From: Lytechinus pictus
Lineage: Eukaryota
Assembly: GCF_037042905.1 (NCBI RefSeq)
Contig: NC_087261.1
Location: 23,808,001 to 23,872,000, forward strand
Direction of reading: 5' to 3'
DNA: 64,000 bases
Shown here: in pieces, positions 21,953-36,480 of the stretch
Position numbering within the stretch: position 1 is the stretch's first letter
How the letters are laid out: each line of letters opens with the position of its first letter
Position numbers and translations under genes: made by a program
The notes under the pieces: generated by a model
Told to the model about the DNA's origin: nothing
Seen by the model: the letters and a program-made list of their open reading frames with translations, nothing else
Database searches by the model: none

Positions 21953-24070
21953 GATGTTAAAGTTCTATAATATAATAAGAATATTCAAAGAGAAACCGTT
22001 TTAATTCATTTATCGCATATACGTATTCGCACGATGAGTAGTATATTTGTGGTGGCATTTTGCCATTCTCTGTCTAAAACATTCCCTGATGAAGATCACG
22101 CGATCAAAATCATGGTTAAGTAAATTCTTTCGCCATATTCAAGTGTATGGGTGGGGGTCAATGTGGTTGTATGCAGAAATCCGATACACTTCTTTCGTGT
22201 TCTCGTTCACAATAAGTAATGGAAGTAACATTTCAATATACCTGTACGATGAATACCGGCCCTTTGTCCAAATTATTCAATTTCCTTTGAAAAAGTACAG
22301 TACTATTCTACCATGGGGATCATAACTCTTTCGAAGAAGGGGCGGGGCGCAATTGGAATTGATTTTTTCTGATACACTTTATTATGCAATTGTCAATAAG
22401 CTAGTAAACTAAAACAAATACACCATTTAGTACTTACTGCATACGTCTTTTATGCGAATCGGAATATCTAGAACAGAAATGCATTTATTCACATGGAGTA
22501 GCATTATGACATTCAATCGTATTTTAATATGGCAGGCATATACTATTCATATTGATAGGCTCTACCAGCAGAAAACCGCAAGCAGGCTGATTGCTTCACC
22601 AAAGCCAGCACATTTATTCCAACTTAATGAAGAGAGTCATATACCATCCAACCCACATACAGCACATTGCATGCGTATCTCCAGCGACATACCTAATTAG
22701 AACCATTACTTGCAAGTTAACAATGCAACGGCTTTAAAGGCAAATCCAATGCAAAGGGAAATGCTCTCTAAAAGTATGATATTCAAAGAAAGGGATTTGT
22801 TAAAGTTTGAACGAAATCGTTAAAAAAATAAGAAAGCTATGAATTTTTGAAAGTTTGTATAACTTTGTTACCGGTATACATGTACATATACACATGTAAA
22901 ACTGACCATATTATCAATTTGATATGTACGGTATTACTTTGACTAAATGAGTAAGATTTTTTTTTTTCAAGGTTTTCACAATAAATTATAATCTCATTGA
23001 TAAGGACGTGTAACATGTTCGTATGCTTCAGTATATTTGATTACGACCATGATGAAACAGTACTTAGGAGAAAACCAAAAGTTCCTGATAAGAAGGTTTT
23101 CCTTACTGGTTATTTTACCGAGTTGCCGATTTCAGATGTACATAGTTCCAAAAACAGCCATTGTAACATTTCAAACTCCTGGTTGATTCCTTTCAACCTT
23201 GTATTATTCTTTTAAATTTCTTACTTCGCACCAATTACTTAAGTCGATGAATAACATGATTAAATTCAGTTTTAAAGATGTCTGAGGCCGCATTGTAATC
23301 GTATAATACACACAAATAAACTTTTAGGTGTCAACCTTGAGTAAGTATGCGCATAGTGATCTAAACATGTTGAATAAAATCAAACACATGCACATTAAGT
23401 AAAGACTGCTGTCAGTCATCACATTTTATAGTAAGTTATTATGAAATACATTACAATTTTTCTGTCTTCGTGTCTGAATTGGGCAAAAGTTTTACAACAT
23501 TTAATGACCTAGAAAAGACGACAAAAACGACGTATTTAAGTGTGTGACAGTTACCACGAATGCTAATTACCCATACTGCCGTCAATTTAAAGGAAGTTTC
23601 CCTTTCATCCATTTTTACCTTATTTATCCTAAAGCTTTATGTAAAAACTAGGGTAAAATTAGTTGATGATATTTCAAGTGCATTCGTTCCCCTTTTATCT
23701 CTTCCAGGCACACGGCATTCACAAATTCAATTGGTGTACATTATTGTGTCGTAACCATACTTTTACCCCTACGCGAAAATGAGTTGATGGGACCGAGAGG
23801 GAAAACACGTCCTTCTTTGTGGCTGTTCTGCTGTAAAAAATTATTCTGTAAAACCATATTTCCTGCTTTCATGATATCACCTTTCTACTTAATAAAAATT
23901 TTCTCTCTCGATTAAAAAATAAAAGTGTATCCACAAAAGTTTTCTCTCTCGATTAAGAAATGAAAGTGTATCCACATTCGAGAAACGTGCAAGCCTTTTT
24001 GTGTTTAAGACACAGACGCCTCCATGTGGATGACCCCCTTCAAATCAATATGCATTTTGTTACGTCCCCT

Positions 24071-24479
24071 CAGTGTTTCCACAGACCCAAAACGAATTTC
24101 CCGAACTTGAATCCCAAATTTTACGAAATTTATAGACATTTCCTGGACTTTTCAAGTTAAAATTTTAACAAATCTCGGCAATGAAACAGCAAGCTTGATC
24201 AAAATCAAGGAATTTAACTTTTTTTTTTCTTCACGCCTTTTTTAGAAATAGGAAAAAAAAAATGAAATGGGAGCGCGAGCAGAAAATTTTGAGCTTTCTT
24301 TGAGACAAACAAATCCCTGAAATATAGCATGAATGTTGACATTTGTAACGTTTAATTTTTTTTTATTGTAATTTTTGGATTTCCCGGAAATACCTGAAAT
24401 TATTCATTACCCGAAAATTACCTGAAAATAATCCGGATTTCCAGGAATTTGGGTATTTTCCTTCAACGTGGAAAGACTG
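24071..24479. mobile_element. hAT-like MITE
   Basis: CAGTGTTTCCAC ... GTGGAAAGACTG termini. The flanks CGTCCCCT and TGTCCCTT resemble a decayed 8-bp TSD. Confidence 0.6.
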
Positions 24480-25240
24480 TGTCCCTTCTTTCGATATAGC
24501 TTTGGTGATTCAACTATCATGATACGTATCAATATAATAGTTTACCTTATTCAACGATCAACATGTGCAGTTTATAACATGCTACGATCATAAGCATTAC
24601 ATTATAGACTGACCCAGGTGTCGGGCTTACATTTTTTTTTCAGCTCGGAGACATATTTTTATAATCCACTTTGTAGTTAATGAACATCATCAATTTGTTC
24701 TAGAGACCTACTTTGGTGGACGGTGCGATTTCCAAGGGATTTGTAGACACCAAACCTAATCCTTATAGGAGAATGTGACAATGTGACCTTGTAAAAACTT
24801 TTGGAATTTCATCATTGGTCCTAAATACTCTGATGGTCTGAAGAAATAGTTTCATGGAACACATTTTTGTAATGATGTACGTAGTATAATTGAATGAAAT
24901 GAAACTATGGTCAATGATATATCTTATCATACCCGGACGATTCACAGAACTGGTGGAATTTATTGGCACGATAGAGCGCTCATATCAACCAAAATATGAT
25001 GACTTGTAGGAAACCATGTGGCAAAAGAAACGAGAGAGGGGAAGGGCGTTATCTATAATTTCATTGTCAGGAATTAATGATTTTTGTTCATTTATTGATA
25101 TTCGTTCAGGTGGGGAAAAATACATCAATTATTTGTGATAACTGTTGCACGTTCCTTTCACGATATTTGTCTCGTGACAAATGGTCATTGGTGCAAATGC
25201 ACGAGTAGCCATGCAAAGGTGTAAACACAATGTTTACAAT

Positions 25241-25509
25241 CACTAGCGTACCTAAGGGGGGTTGACGAGTCACAACTCATGCAAAGGACGTATCCCTGCC
25301 CCCCCCCCCCCTGACGAGTCAAAACGGATCCCTGACGAGCCACAAATGGCCACCTCCTTTGAACTTGAAAACCTTTTTTTTTTTGCTTAATTTTTTTCTC
25401 GTGCGAAATGTCCTTTACTTGCGGTTGAAGCCTTTTTTTTTTGCTTGGCAAATTTTGGGGCAGACGAATTTGCCCCCCCCCCCTTTGGAAAATCCTAGGT
25501 ACGCCACTG
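25241..25509. mobile_element. hAT-like MITE with exact 8-bp TSD
   Basis: TTTACAAT|CACTAGCGTACCTAAGG ... CCTAGGTACGCCACTG|TTTACAAT. Confidence 0.88.
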
Positions 25510-26259
25510 TTTACAATGCAATACACAAGTCATTTTGATAATTAGAATGGTGTCTAAAATTGAATTTGAGAACGAGGGGCGATAGTTGTGACAGAAAGGG
25601 GGGAAAATGATAATAGCAGGGGCAGAATTACTCACAATAGATTTGTACATTAATCAATTTTCAAATCAAAGGGCGACGCCACATTGACAGAGGGCGACCT
25701 CCGGGAGGGGTATAGCAGGGGATCTTGGGAATTAAGAAAAAAAAATTATGTGAGTGAAAATAATGGGGAAATTGAGAAGAGTATCCAAAATAAGCTTTTG
25801 TTCGTTTCAGTTTATCATAACATACATGTATCTCTATTTCTGAGGAAAAAAATCGAATGCACTTACGTTTCCTTCCCGCTAAAAAAAAAATACTGGAACC
25901 ATGCCTTACGTGAATATATTTAGCCGAAGTGTGTTATATTTCCCTTTCCCTAAGTATAATAAATTTCAAGATCACATCTCATATGATCACAGTCCCTGTA
26001 CATTAGGAAAAAAACAACCTCTTCGAAGAAACGGGCACGTCGCATATCATTTCATGATGAAATACAAGAAAAACAGAATGTTGGGAATATTCATATCCTG
26101 GTAGCCAACAATAAGCTTGCAATAACTGAATCTGATAATTCAATCCCAGGACGCATCGAATTATTATTGCCCGCAAATTCTATTATCCCAGCACATCTCC
26201 TGAAATAAATTATATCGACCTTTTCGTGATCTTTGCCCGCCCCCATCCGCAGATGGAGG

Positions 26260-26520
26260 TATTTTCTTTCTCGATAGGTGCTTTAAAAGGCAGCTTGAAC
26301 ATGTTTTGAGAAGAAGAGCAAGGCGCAACGGGGTGTCTTTTCTCAATCTCGACCATGACGGTCATGAAGTACGCCACCAAATTTAAATTCGATGGTGTCG
26401 GTCCACGGAAAGACAACAATACGGTGTTCTCCTCCGAGCAAGAGAGTGAACGGTTACGTTTTGATAAAAATAGGTATTCATGTTCATCATCGCCACAACT
26501 ATAATGCTGTTAATAACTCT
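26260..26520 (+). pseudogene. Possible decayed pogo/CENP-B-type transposase N-terminus
   Basis: Frameshifted peptide ...ISTMTVMKYATKFKFDGVGPRKDNNTVFSSEQESE... loosely resembles the HTH_psq plus (T)VF(S/T)xEQE linker of pogo-like transposases. Pattern recognition only. Confidence 0.25.
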
Positions 26521-29500
26521 CGAATTTCAAATATAACACAGACAGGTAACTTTGGTTTTCTTGGCTGCTCGATAACTTATATCTACATGTATAATGTAAG
26601 GCAATATTATTTCAGAACACTCAAATCTCTTCAGGTGAAATCCAGTATTCCATACATTTTCTGCGGCTGCAGCTATTCATCTTATAATTCATGGTTGGTG
26701 GACAATCCTAAGATATAGTTTCCCAAAATGATAGACACCTTTAGTATTTGTATAATTTATTTCAAATTCATTTTCTTAAATCTAAGTAGCTATTTTATCG
26801 ATCCTGAGATCATATTATTGTTTATCATGTTTATGGGACTCTCATAATTAAAGTCCAGCTGACGATTGACATTCGAGTGAAACCCATCTGTGAAATAAAG
26901 AACGGTCCACTTATCTATTACTTGAACGTGTGAAATTATTTTGAAACACAGGGTGAAATAACCTGTATTCCTTTCTGGAGCAATTCCACATGCGTCTTAA
27001 CACTTCTTACAAACTTACTATGTTTTCTCTGCCTCTCCCTCCCGCCCTGACAACACACACATGCCCACGAGTCCTTACGTTGCTATTAATGCATTCTCTT
27101 TGATCTTCAATATGTATTTTAGCTGCGTCTCAACCCTATATACCTACACACCCCCTCTCCCCGTCTCTCTCTCTCTCTTTGTCTCTCTTTCACACGAACA
27201 CACACCCTCACCCTCTCCCACCTACCCACACATACGCCGAAAGTCAATCTTATTGATAGAAAACCCCACACATCGGCACACACACCATTAAACACACACT
27301 TCTCTTGCTTTCCTCTTCTCCTTTCTTACAACCTTTTCCCGAATCCACCTGCCCAGTTTCCATCGTGCTGAAATCGCCAATCGAGTAATGAAAAATTGTA
27401 GGTAATTACAGAAGTCCTTCCCGACATCACCATCTCCTCTTTCGTCCACTCCATTGGTCGGCATTCTTTTCAGATAATACGGCTCTTTACATTCTGCCAC
27501 AGCACCGGACAGGAAAATACTGTGTGCTATTTTCCCTTACCACCTAGCCTTTTGCCAAGGCCAGTAGTAACGACATTATGTTGAAATGTATACCATTAGG
27601 TCTACTATTGATATTTTTTTAATCACATCATTTTTTTAGATATTTTTTTGCAGATTTTTCTCAGATTTTTTTCCAGACTTTTTATGCTTATTATTATTTT
27701 TTCTGTAAGATGCACTTATCGGATTCAGGAAAGAGGAGAGATATAACAGAGAACACGGAAATACAGTGCTACACACCTTCCCTTCCTTTTTTTTTGCTAG
27801 CCTTCGTGTTCAATGCATGTATTCATCCACTTATTTTGCTCAGCTGCAGTGTAGTAATGTTCGGACTGCTATACACTGATAATAATTATTCCCAGATAAA
27901 AAAAAAGTTTGACTTGCCATCCACCCGTATGGAATCATGGATCTACAGATGCATCATATCCCGGTGGCACAGAAACCTCAATGCCGGGGTGAAATGGTAC
28001 GGTCATGTGATTCGGAAGTATCTACGTGACTACAAAGAATCACGTGAATATTTCATCACTTGTTTATGATATATTGAAATATACCAGGAAATCCTGCTCG
28101 AAACATAAACATGTAACACATTCTGTATTCACCGCTATTGTTCTATTTAATGTATTTGTATAACTACTCCTTTGATCAACAGCCTCATTCCAGAGGGAAT
28201 AACTAAGGTTTTGTAATTATTTGTAACACAAAAACAGCAAGCGATGGTGTGACGTTTGCTAAAAATGTTGTCTGGTATATATATATAACCAATCTTTTTT
28301 TTATTGCAATCAGCCACACACAGGTAACTGTAAGATAATCATACCTGGTGCTGCTCTATCCAAACCATAATGTTTATTATTATTATTACCTCACTCATTT
28401 GATTTTTGATTCAAACATGGCTGTTGTGTTATTTTCCCTTTAATAACGTGGAACATAATGGTAGATGGGATAATACATTCCTAATTCCCTCTGAATGAGT
28501 TTATGCTGTCTAATCTTCTGAATGGGAAGGGGACACCCCCACGGCTCTCTCCTCAACATTGTAAACAAAGAAAACTAAATGTATATCAACTTCTGTGTAC
28601 ACATTCAGCTTTGTAAATGTCAGCGAAGAATAGTAACCGCTACTTTGTCAGCGCTCTATAAACACCTAAAGTCCTACCCTAATGCTACCAATGCTATAGT
28701 TTGATACAATTATAGCCAGAAATGCGATTAGAATTCTTACAATCGGTATTTGAACATGTTTAATAAAATAATAAAGTTTAAATGCCCCGTTTCATCTGAT
28801 CATTGCGAAAGACCGGCGCCACCATCGCCATTTGCGTTCGTGCTTTCCACGTCACCTTAGGGATTATAATTGTTTGTGTGATCTTGTAAAACCAGATGTA
28901 AATATATACACCGCCTTTACTTTGTAATTTTTAGCAGGGCAAAGTTGTTTCTCAATGCTTGATCGGAATATTCACCATAGTTATTTTCAATCTAAAAATG
29001 AATGAGTAACCTTTTCTTTACAGCAAAGGCAAATCGAACAGTTACCTTTACAGAGAACCAAATCAAATAAATGGATAAATGTGACATTGTCTACGTGGGT
29101 GCAACTCGGTTTGGTTTAATGTTTCTAGAGCTAATATAAACACTTCCCTCAAGCAGAAAAAAAAAAATCCTCGCAATCATAACCAATTATTGATTAACTT
29201 AGATTTTAAATGATTTAAAACTGGTAATGGAAAATGTTTATTTAATACCTCGATTCTGTAAAGGTGCGTTTTATTATAATTTTCCCTTCATGATCTTCTT
29301 TTTTTTTTATTCGACTTTGATTACCCTTTCTTCGTCCCCTTCTTCGTGTTCTTCTTCATCCTTGTTTTTTTTAAAAGATTAACAAATTTGATCAAAAAGA
29401 CCCTGACATAAAAATTCGTATTGGTGTCGTTTGAACAATATTATACAGAGGATAAATGCGATAAAGTGTGCATTCTGTAACATATTCAACAAAATCAAGG

Positions 29501-31495
29501 TATAGTGCGAGCAATATATTGGTGATGTAAGGAAACTCAATATTTGTGATACTTGTGCTAAATTAAATTGCTATCTAAGCTATGAAAAAACAACTAAAAA
29601 TTATTATAAAAACCTGGGATATATAAAAATCTAAACTTTCACAATTTTACATGCTACTAAGAGTAGTAGCAGTAGTAGTTGCAGTAATATTAGTTGTAAT
29701 AATTTGTCATAATTAGGATACTCGCCAAATTTTAGTGTAATTACTATTAATGATAATGATATACAATCGTTATTAAAATTATTCATCATTAATAATAGTC
29801 ACAATAGTAAAAATAGTGGGACAAACAAAAAATGAGCAAATCGTCAAATAAAAAAAAAATGTCATTATGTTATACTTTCACATGCTCAAATGTTATATAA
29901 CAAAAAACATAATACCCTACATCAATATGATCAAGGGAGCACTTAATTAATGCACTTGCTGGACAATGTATGTTTCTTCCGATGGTTCCGTGCATTGATG
30001 ATATCTTTTTTAACCGATCAAAATCGAATATAGTTGTCGGATGTTTGAAGTTACCAGACTTCAACGCTCTCCATTTTTATTGTCAGCGTAACTGAAGTTT
30101 CCTCTTCATCTTGAAGCTTAAGTCTGTCAACTAACACTGTGTGCTAGATAGCATTCTAAAAAAATATATTGAGAGAATATATTGGTGATATAGAGGATAA
30201 ATCTATAGTCAATACTCAAATCAGTTTATTCAGTCTGAAATGTTTGTTTGTGCGTTTTTTTTTAAGCTACCTGTTTTGATACATTATTGTGCTATGGATA
30301 TATTGAGTAGTGAGTTAGTGGGTTAGCATTCAAGAGGGGCTATTTCACAAGACTTCACTTGAGACTGTTCCGTTGTGGGTAACGAACCTGGCCAGATGTG
30401 AGTTATTCAGGATTTCAGGATGGGCTTGTCAGGCCGTCGGTTCGTATTGCCTTTAAATAGAAACAAAACGGAAAAGACTTGCACGAGGCTACACATGCTA
30501 GAATCAATCCATCGATATTTTATGGGAAGACTTTAAAATCTCATGCAATATTGAGTAAGTGTCCGCGGAGTTATTTATTCTCCGCGAGTTAGATTTAGTG
30601 GTCCTAAGGTGTGCTTTATCTGAGTGAATCCTGGCATACCTAATTTATTTTGTTGGTGATGCATCTGCTCTCCTTTGCTGCCATTCACACCAAACAAAAA
30701 TCATCATCGGATCGAATAAACTTGTTTTTTGTCATAATTTCGATAATAATCGATTAATCAGTGATCTGTTATCGTTGATGTGACACCGGAGTTAGGCGAC
30801 TTATTCAGCACTTAAACGCAGACTATACATCATGAACGAAATTCTATTTGTCATGACGACGTTTCACCTTAATGATGATAAACATGTTATGTGTAATAAA
30901 AAGTATCATGTTATTATGGCTATTGCATATTTATTCCAATCATTTTGTTGACAAAACAAAGAGGAAATGTACATTAGATGACACTAATGTCGATAGTGAT
31001 GTTTCCTCGCCGCCAGTGTGTTAATTTCATTATTATCATTATTTTCATAATTGTCCTTATTATCATTATTTTGTATTTTGTCGTAGCAAATATACAATAT
31101 TGTTGTGACAATATATTATTTGGTTTAGTCAGCTGTTTACAAATGAAATATAGACACAAACAGTGAATATGAGTGTATTTTTTGGAGAGTCATATTAAAT
31201 AAAATAAAAAACCAGCAGCAACAACCAAGTCGTTATTTCACCTGTTCCCTTGAACAATTCAGAATGCCTTGAAAACATGGTCCATGTTACACGGATCGTC
31301 CTTAAGTATATTGGCGATCAGCGAATGCAAAGAAAGTGACGTCGCCAAATCTGCGCTTTCACTTCGCATAATTGTTCTCCTATTCAAGCCTGTGTCCCTT
31401 TACCCTCTCCCCTCATTTATCTCTCCCTCTCTCTGAATCTCTCCATTCTCACTGTCTTTCTGCCTCTGACTCCTCTCCATCAATATCCTCACCTC

Positions 31496-31726
31496 TAGGG
31501 TCGGATCAAGGATTTTCCCAAAATGGGGGCACATTTTTCCGAGAAAAAAGTTGACAAGCAAACAAATAAAAATGAATTAAATAAAAAGGTCTTCACTTTC
31601 AAAGGGGGGGGGGGGGCACTTCTTTTTTAATGGCATTTTTACATTACACATTTTATTTTGCTTCTCAAAGGGGGGGGGGGGGGGCACGGGCCGGCTGTGC
31701 CCCCCCCCCCCCTCGATCCGGTATTG
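31496..31726. mobile_element. hAT-like MITE with exact 8-bp TSD
   Basis: CTCACCTC|TAGGGTCGGATC ... GATCCGGTATTG|CTCACCTC. Confidence 0.82.
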
Positions 31727-31899
31727 CTCACCTCCCTCTTTCCTTCAACATGTACAAACACACACGCGCGCGCACATAATCCCTCATTCATGCACAATTG
31801 GGCGCATTTCATCTCCCTCCCTCCACCTCTTTCTCTCTCTCTCCAAATCTTCTTTGTGCATTTCTATTTTCCCAATAAAATTTTGTTTCTCTGATTTAC

Positions 31900-32150
31900 C
31901 TCACAAATAAATGGTCACAGTTCGCCCCAGAGCCGCGGTCGCTCTCACGATCCCCATTTCAGGTTGCACTTGCTCACCTTAACCATGTTAACAGGCCAGA
32001 AGATAGGAGAGAGAGAAATGATGCGCGCGCCCTTCCACGCACGCAGCCACGCGATATTTGGATAATATTCCCGCTCATTTGGTTATCATTTGTAGTAACC
32101 TTATATCGATCTTATTGTGGCGCGTTCGTATTTAAGAATTTGTTTCTGTC
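31900..32150 (+). promoter_or_regulatory. Candidate CpG-rich promoter/transcription start region of the two-TM gene
   Basis: Local CpG/GCGC enrichment next to CT/GA tracts, followed by ~2.7 kb with no recognisable repeats before the ATG at 34804. Inference only. Confidence 0.3.
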
Positions 32151-34803
32151 ATTGATTAAGTGATCTATGAATGAAGTGGTTGATTCCATAATATTCCTAC
32201 GAGAACATGGATCTGTGAAGTTCTTTAATAGACGCGTTGTCAAAGAACAAATTCCTTTCCAACGGATGAGCAGGGCTGACCTTAAACTCGAATCTTGGAC
32301 CTCGCAGAAACTCTGATCCCTGGTTCATATGAAGTCAAACCATCCTCTGGAACTTTGGGAATGTAAGCGTCGGGAAAAATCCTGGATATTCCAATTTTAC
32401 GTATTAAAGACAAAGATACATCTGTATTTCATCAATCTTTGCGTCTTCAACCATTAGTATAAGTTGGACCTCCTCAAAACTTCAACGACACGACTGATTT
32501 TTTTTTAAGAAACTGTTCTTAGATTTTGCGATTACCCAGTTGCAGCATTCGTCTTGTATTGATATCTTTACAGAAAACCAGCCTGTACATTTCAAAATGT
32601 AGGTCTTGTTTTCATGGAACTGAGCTTACTTTAAATGTTAACATTTTACAGTCTGGCGAAGTGTGACAGCGATGTATGCACGTCTCGAGGCATATCTTCT
32701 TCAGCCAGCTTTTTGTTTGAATTTTTTTAAAGAGTATATCAAAACTATTCTTCATTGCTGAATGACTTTATAGCACGAGTGCGACGAACAAGGCAACTTA
32801 AAGGATGCACTTTTATACAGGTTCCTGGAAAATGAGTGCAAAACTCGGAAACAAAACTACAAAAAGGATAATCATCTGGATTAACTTCAACTAGATGCAC
32901 ACAGTGAATACATTAGAGTGCATAGACATCAACCTAGGAGAAGTCGATCGACTTTGTCTCAATAAAGTATTTTGATTGAGCATCATTCACATGCTCCACT
33001 TAGGAGCTTGCATTTTGAATTTGATTACACTAAGAGGAGAAAGAAAAAGGAGAACATGTATTTTGCACCTGCCGCTCGGAAATATACATCTGCATTTGAA
33101 CAGAGGATTGAAAATATAGCGTGAAGGCTATTGACAGACTTGCACGATGTAAGGGACAAAAAATAATTCTACAGTGGACACATTCGGAAAATATGAAACA
33201 TTGTGTAGCATGTATGTATATAATTGAAAGTGTTATGTTTAACCATATAATGTATGTACATCGCAGAAAATGGAGATGCGTGGGGTTTTTCTTCTTGATT
33301 GTAAATGCCAGGTTATTACTATCATTATTATTATTATCATCAAGATCAGAACTGTGTGGAATCCTTATTGAGTCTTCTCCCTCTCTCTCACTCTTTGTGA
33401 GTTCTATTAATGCAACATGTCATCGTGTTTGAATACCATAATGGATGTGGAACTAATGTGAATTTGAACCAAGGGAGTCTAATTAATGAGTGAGTCTCAT
33501 CATCGTCATCTTTCGGTGCTGTGACATCCTTTTGTTTGGATTTATTCTGGATTAGGCCGACGTTGTTTGTAAACTGTCGGTCCTCTACTGACGCCCTGTC
33601 ACGTAGCACATTGTATCCCCCTTTCATCATATAAATGTGTAGTGCTATTATTGAGATTGCTTCGTGACTTACCTCAAGTTGATTTCGCTTCCGTAGCTAT
33701 TCGGAAAAAATCAACATTTTCTTTTTTTGAATGCGCAAATGTACTTTTGAGAGTTGCCTCCATTCAACCCCATGCGAAGTAAATCATTGTTCGTTCATCG
33801 CGCAAGGTAATGCCCATATTTTCATCCAAGACATTTTCTTTCCAGCGAGAATGCAAATGGAACTTTACCTCGTGTACCTCAGCTTGCACTTTGAAGAATA
33901 CAAACCTTACAAACATGGTCTTCATGTAATGATAGAAATTGTCAATAGCTGGAATAGAAAGATTCTCCTTGTCCTCTTACCTTGTCACTATTTGTGCAAA
34001 GATCATCAGTTACATCGAAACCTCCAAACTTGTCATGATTGAGGAATCATTTTATTACAATTCATTGAGAATGAAGAGCCTGTAGAGATCTGTAGGCAAT
34101 CGTTAGCATTAAAGAACCTTGGAAATGAGATTATTTGGTTTAAAATGCAACAGAGGTTGACAAATTTTTGGCAGCCATTTAAAAAGGTGATGGAGGACCC
34201 GATGAGCCCCCTATTAAAGTGCGATAGATCATTGGCCGGATATATGCCTTTACTTCATGTAGTGACTGTAGTAGGCCTGTTTAATTCTACATACGTGCAG
34301 TCAGTTAAAATTTGAAGGAGTCGGTCTAGATATTCAAGAAAAGAGACAGCTGGAAGCGGCATTCTATGATAAAGGAACATATTTTTTACCCGGGGAAGCG
34401 AACACTTATGGTACCATTCTCATGGTTTTGCTATATGTTTGGTCTGAATAACATCGCTAACTGTCTTGACTGCTGACTGCTCTTCGCATTGCTTCTCTTC
34501 CTGAACAAACAGAGAAGTGAAATACCAGCACACGCGCAAGTTCAATGATTGTGGCTTAGGGAAAGTGCAGACATGTCTTTAAACTCTACATGCTGTTTCA
34601 TTGCTGTATTTACCATCCTGACTGCACCTATCGATCAAGCAAACCTGTGCGGACAGTCAGCAGCGGTGAGCTATAGGAGAGATACTGTCTAAGACCTAAA
34701 TGTCATCATCGCCCTTTCCTCCTCCAATTTGGAGTAGTGATCATTACTAATTTAGATTCATTGTTTTCCGTTGAACTGGGAGGGGTATCGCTTGGGTTGA
34801 ATC

Positions 34804-34924
34804 ATGGCGGGGTTCTATCGGCTGAGACGACCCGCTGTCAGGGTCTTTGACACAATCCGATGCTGCAGTGTCATCAAGATCTTGGCGGTCGGGTTCACCT
34901 TCTGGTGCACTTACGTCACAATAG
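34804..34924 (+). CDS. Two-TM protein gene, coding exon 1 (MAGFYRLRRPAVRVFDTIRCCSVIKILAVGFTFWCTYVTI)
   Basis: ATCATGG Kozak context, 40 codons plus 1 nt, and a strong donor AG|GTGAGT (phase 1) that fits the next exon. Encodes TM1. Confidence 0.75.
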
Positions 34925-35837
34925 GTGAGTAGAGATTTGGATAATTTGCAGACAGGTATAAAATTAAAGCTGTGGTAATCTCCATTTTGCATTCGGTAGA
35001 TCTGCCTAGCTTCATCTTCTGTACTCGTTAGTTCCAGTCATTGCATTTGTTATTTGTATTTGGTTGTGCTTTTTTGTTATGAGAACGTAAGCAAGACGCC
35101 AACAGAAATTAACATACCCTTTTTTAATCAAATGGGGAAATCGTTTTTTCTATGGATATTTTCATGGTGTGTATTTGGGCGTCGACAACCCGATTTTTTT
35201 TACATACAGATTAATTCCATATAATAAACTGGATAAGTTAGATAATATTCCGGAAAACTGAAATGTTTTTTTTTTTTTTTTCACAAAAAAATACCTCTTG
35301 TTAAGCTTTAATTTATCTTTCTCTTATGTCTTAATGCATCATTTAAAGCAACAGGCCACTAAAACAAGCAAAGAAGCGTAATATCCGTGCGTCATCAAAG
35401 GGTTACTTCTTATAATGAACGATTTCCACCTGGGGTGCCCCATCTACTAATGGCCTACCTCAACCTTGCCCACCGCAAAACACGTGCGTGCGTGCGTACG
35501 TGCGAAGAAGTTCCTTGATTAATATTAAAAACTGTATACCATTTTTAAATTCTTTATGTGAATCTGTTATTTTGATGGTTAAAGGTTGAAAAACAATGAA
35601 AAAAAAACCCGTGGAGTATATAATTAGTACCTTTTGTAGTGGTAACAGTTTCGGAAGTAATCCAAAGTGGCAGTAAAGAGTTAATTGATATGAATTACAT
35701 GAGCTTAGCCAGTATTGAGATGATTTTTTTAATCCTCTTATCATATTTCGTATCAAACCGTAGCACACTCAGTGTCTATTGGCATTCCTCTCTTTGTACA
35801 TGATCTACTGTAGATGTGAACATGGTGCGGGGAATTT

Positions 35838-36480
35838 ATATAAGTTCATAAGTTCATTTTATTTGTCTTCCAACTTTGAGTTTGAATACATGACAAACAT
35901 ACAAGTGTGTATGAAACAATGAGCAGAGTATATGGTAAAACATACAGGTATACATAAATCAGAGTATGCAGAAAACATTGTTTTTAAATACATTATACAG
36001 CTTAAGACAGAAAAGAAATAATTTTAAAGGAAGACGAGGAGACCTAAGTAAAGCAATGCTTGTATATTAAGGTTCACCATTACGAATTCAAAGAACATTG
36101 GATAAACAACAACAGCCACGGCGTTTACTTCCATTAGAATTAAAGATAAACTGTGGTACTGGTCACAAAATAAAATAAACTTACACAGAATGAAAAAAAA
36201 ATTGATATCTCCAAAACGATACATAATATAATACATACAATTACAGGGAAATACACAAATGAAATTCAGAAAATGATAATTAAAAAACAAAGTGTTAGCT
36301 GTTTTTACCTACACTAGGGGAAGCACGTGTTAGTGTGGCAGGAACATGATTTCCATCAAGCTTGATTTAGCTCAAACCTTATTTTCTAGATAATCATTTT
36401 GACGTATGAGGAACACTTTAGGGTTGCTCTTTTATATTTTGCTTTATTTTGAATTTCAATGTCCTTTTTCATATTACCTT
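35838..36480 (-). mobile_element. 5'-truncated CR1/L2-group LINE 3' end (intronic)
   Basis: The minus strand ends in AATAAAATGAACTTATGAACTTAT and carries the same TACAAGCATTGCTTT hairpin motif as the LINE at 2697-2740. The right boundary is approximate. Confidence 0.6.

Noticed and set aside
22086-22110. Penelope-type minimal hammerhead ribozyme (CTGATGA-A-GATC-ACGC-GATC-AAAA)
   Set aside because: The required GAAA is AAAA, and I could not identify stems I and III. At most a decayed remnant.
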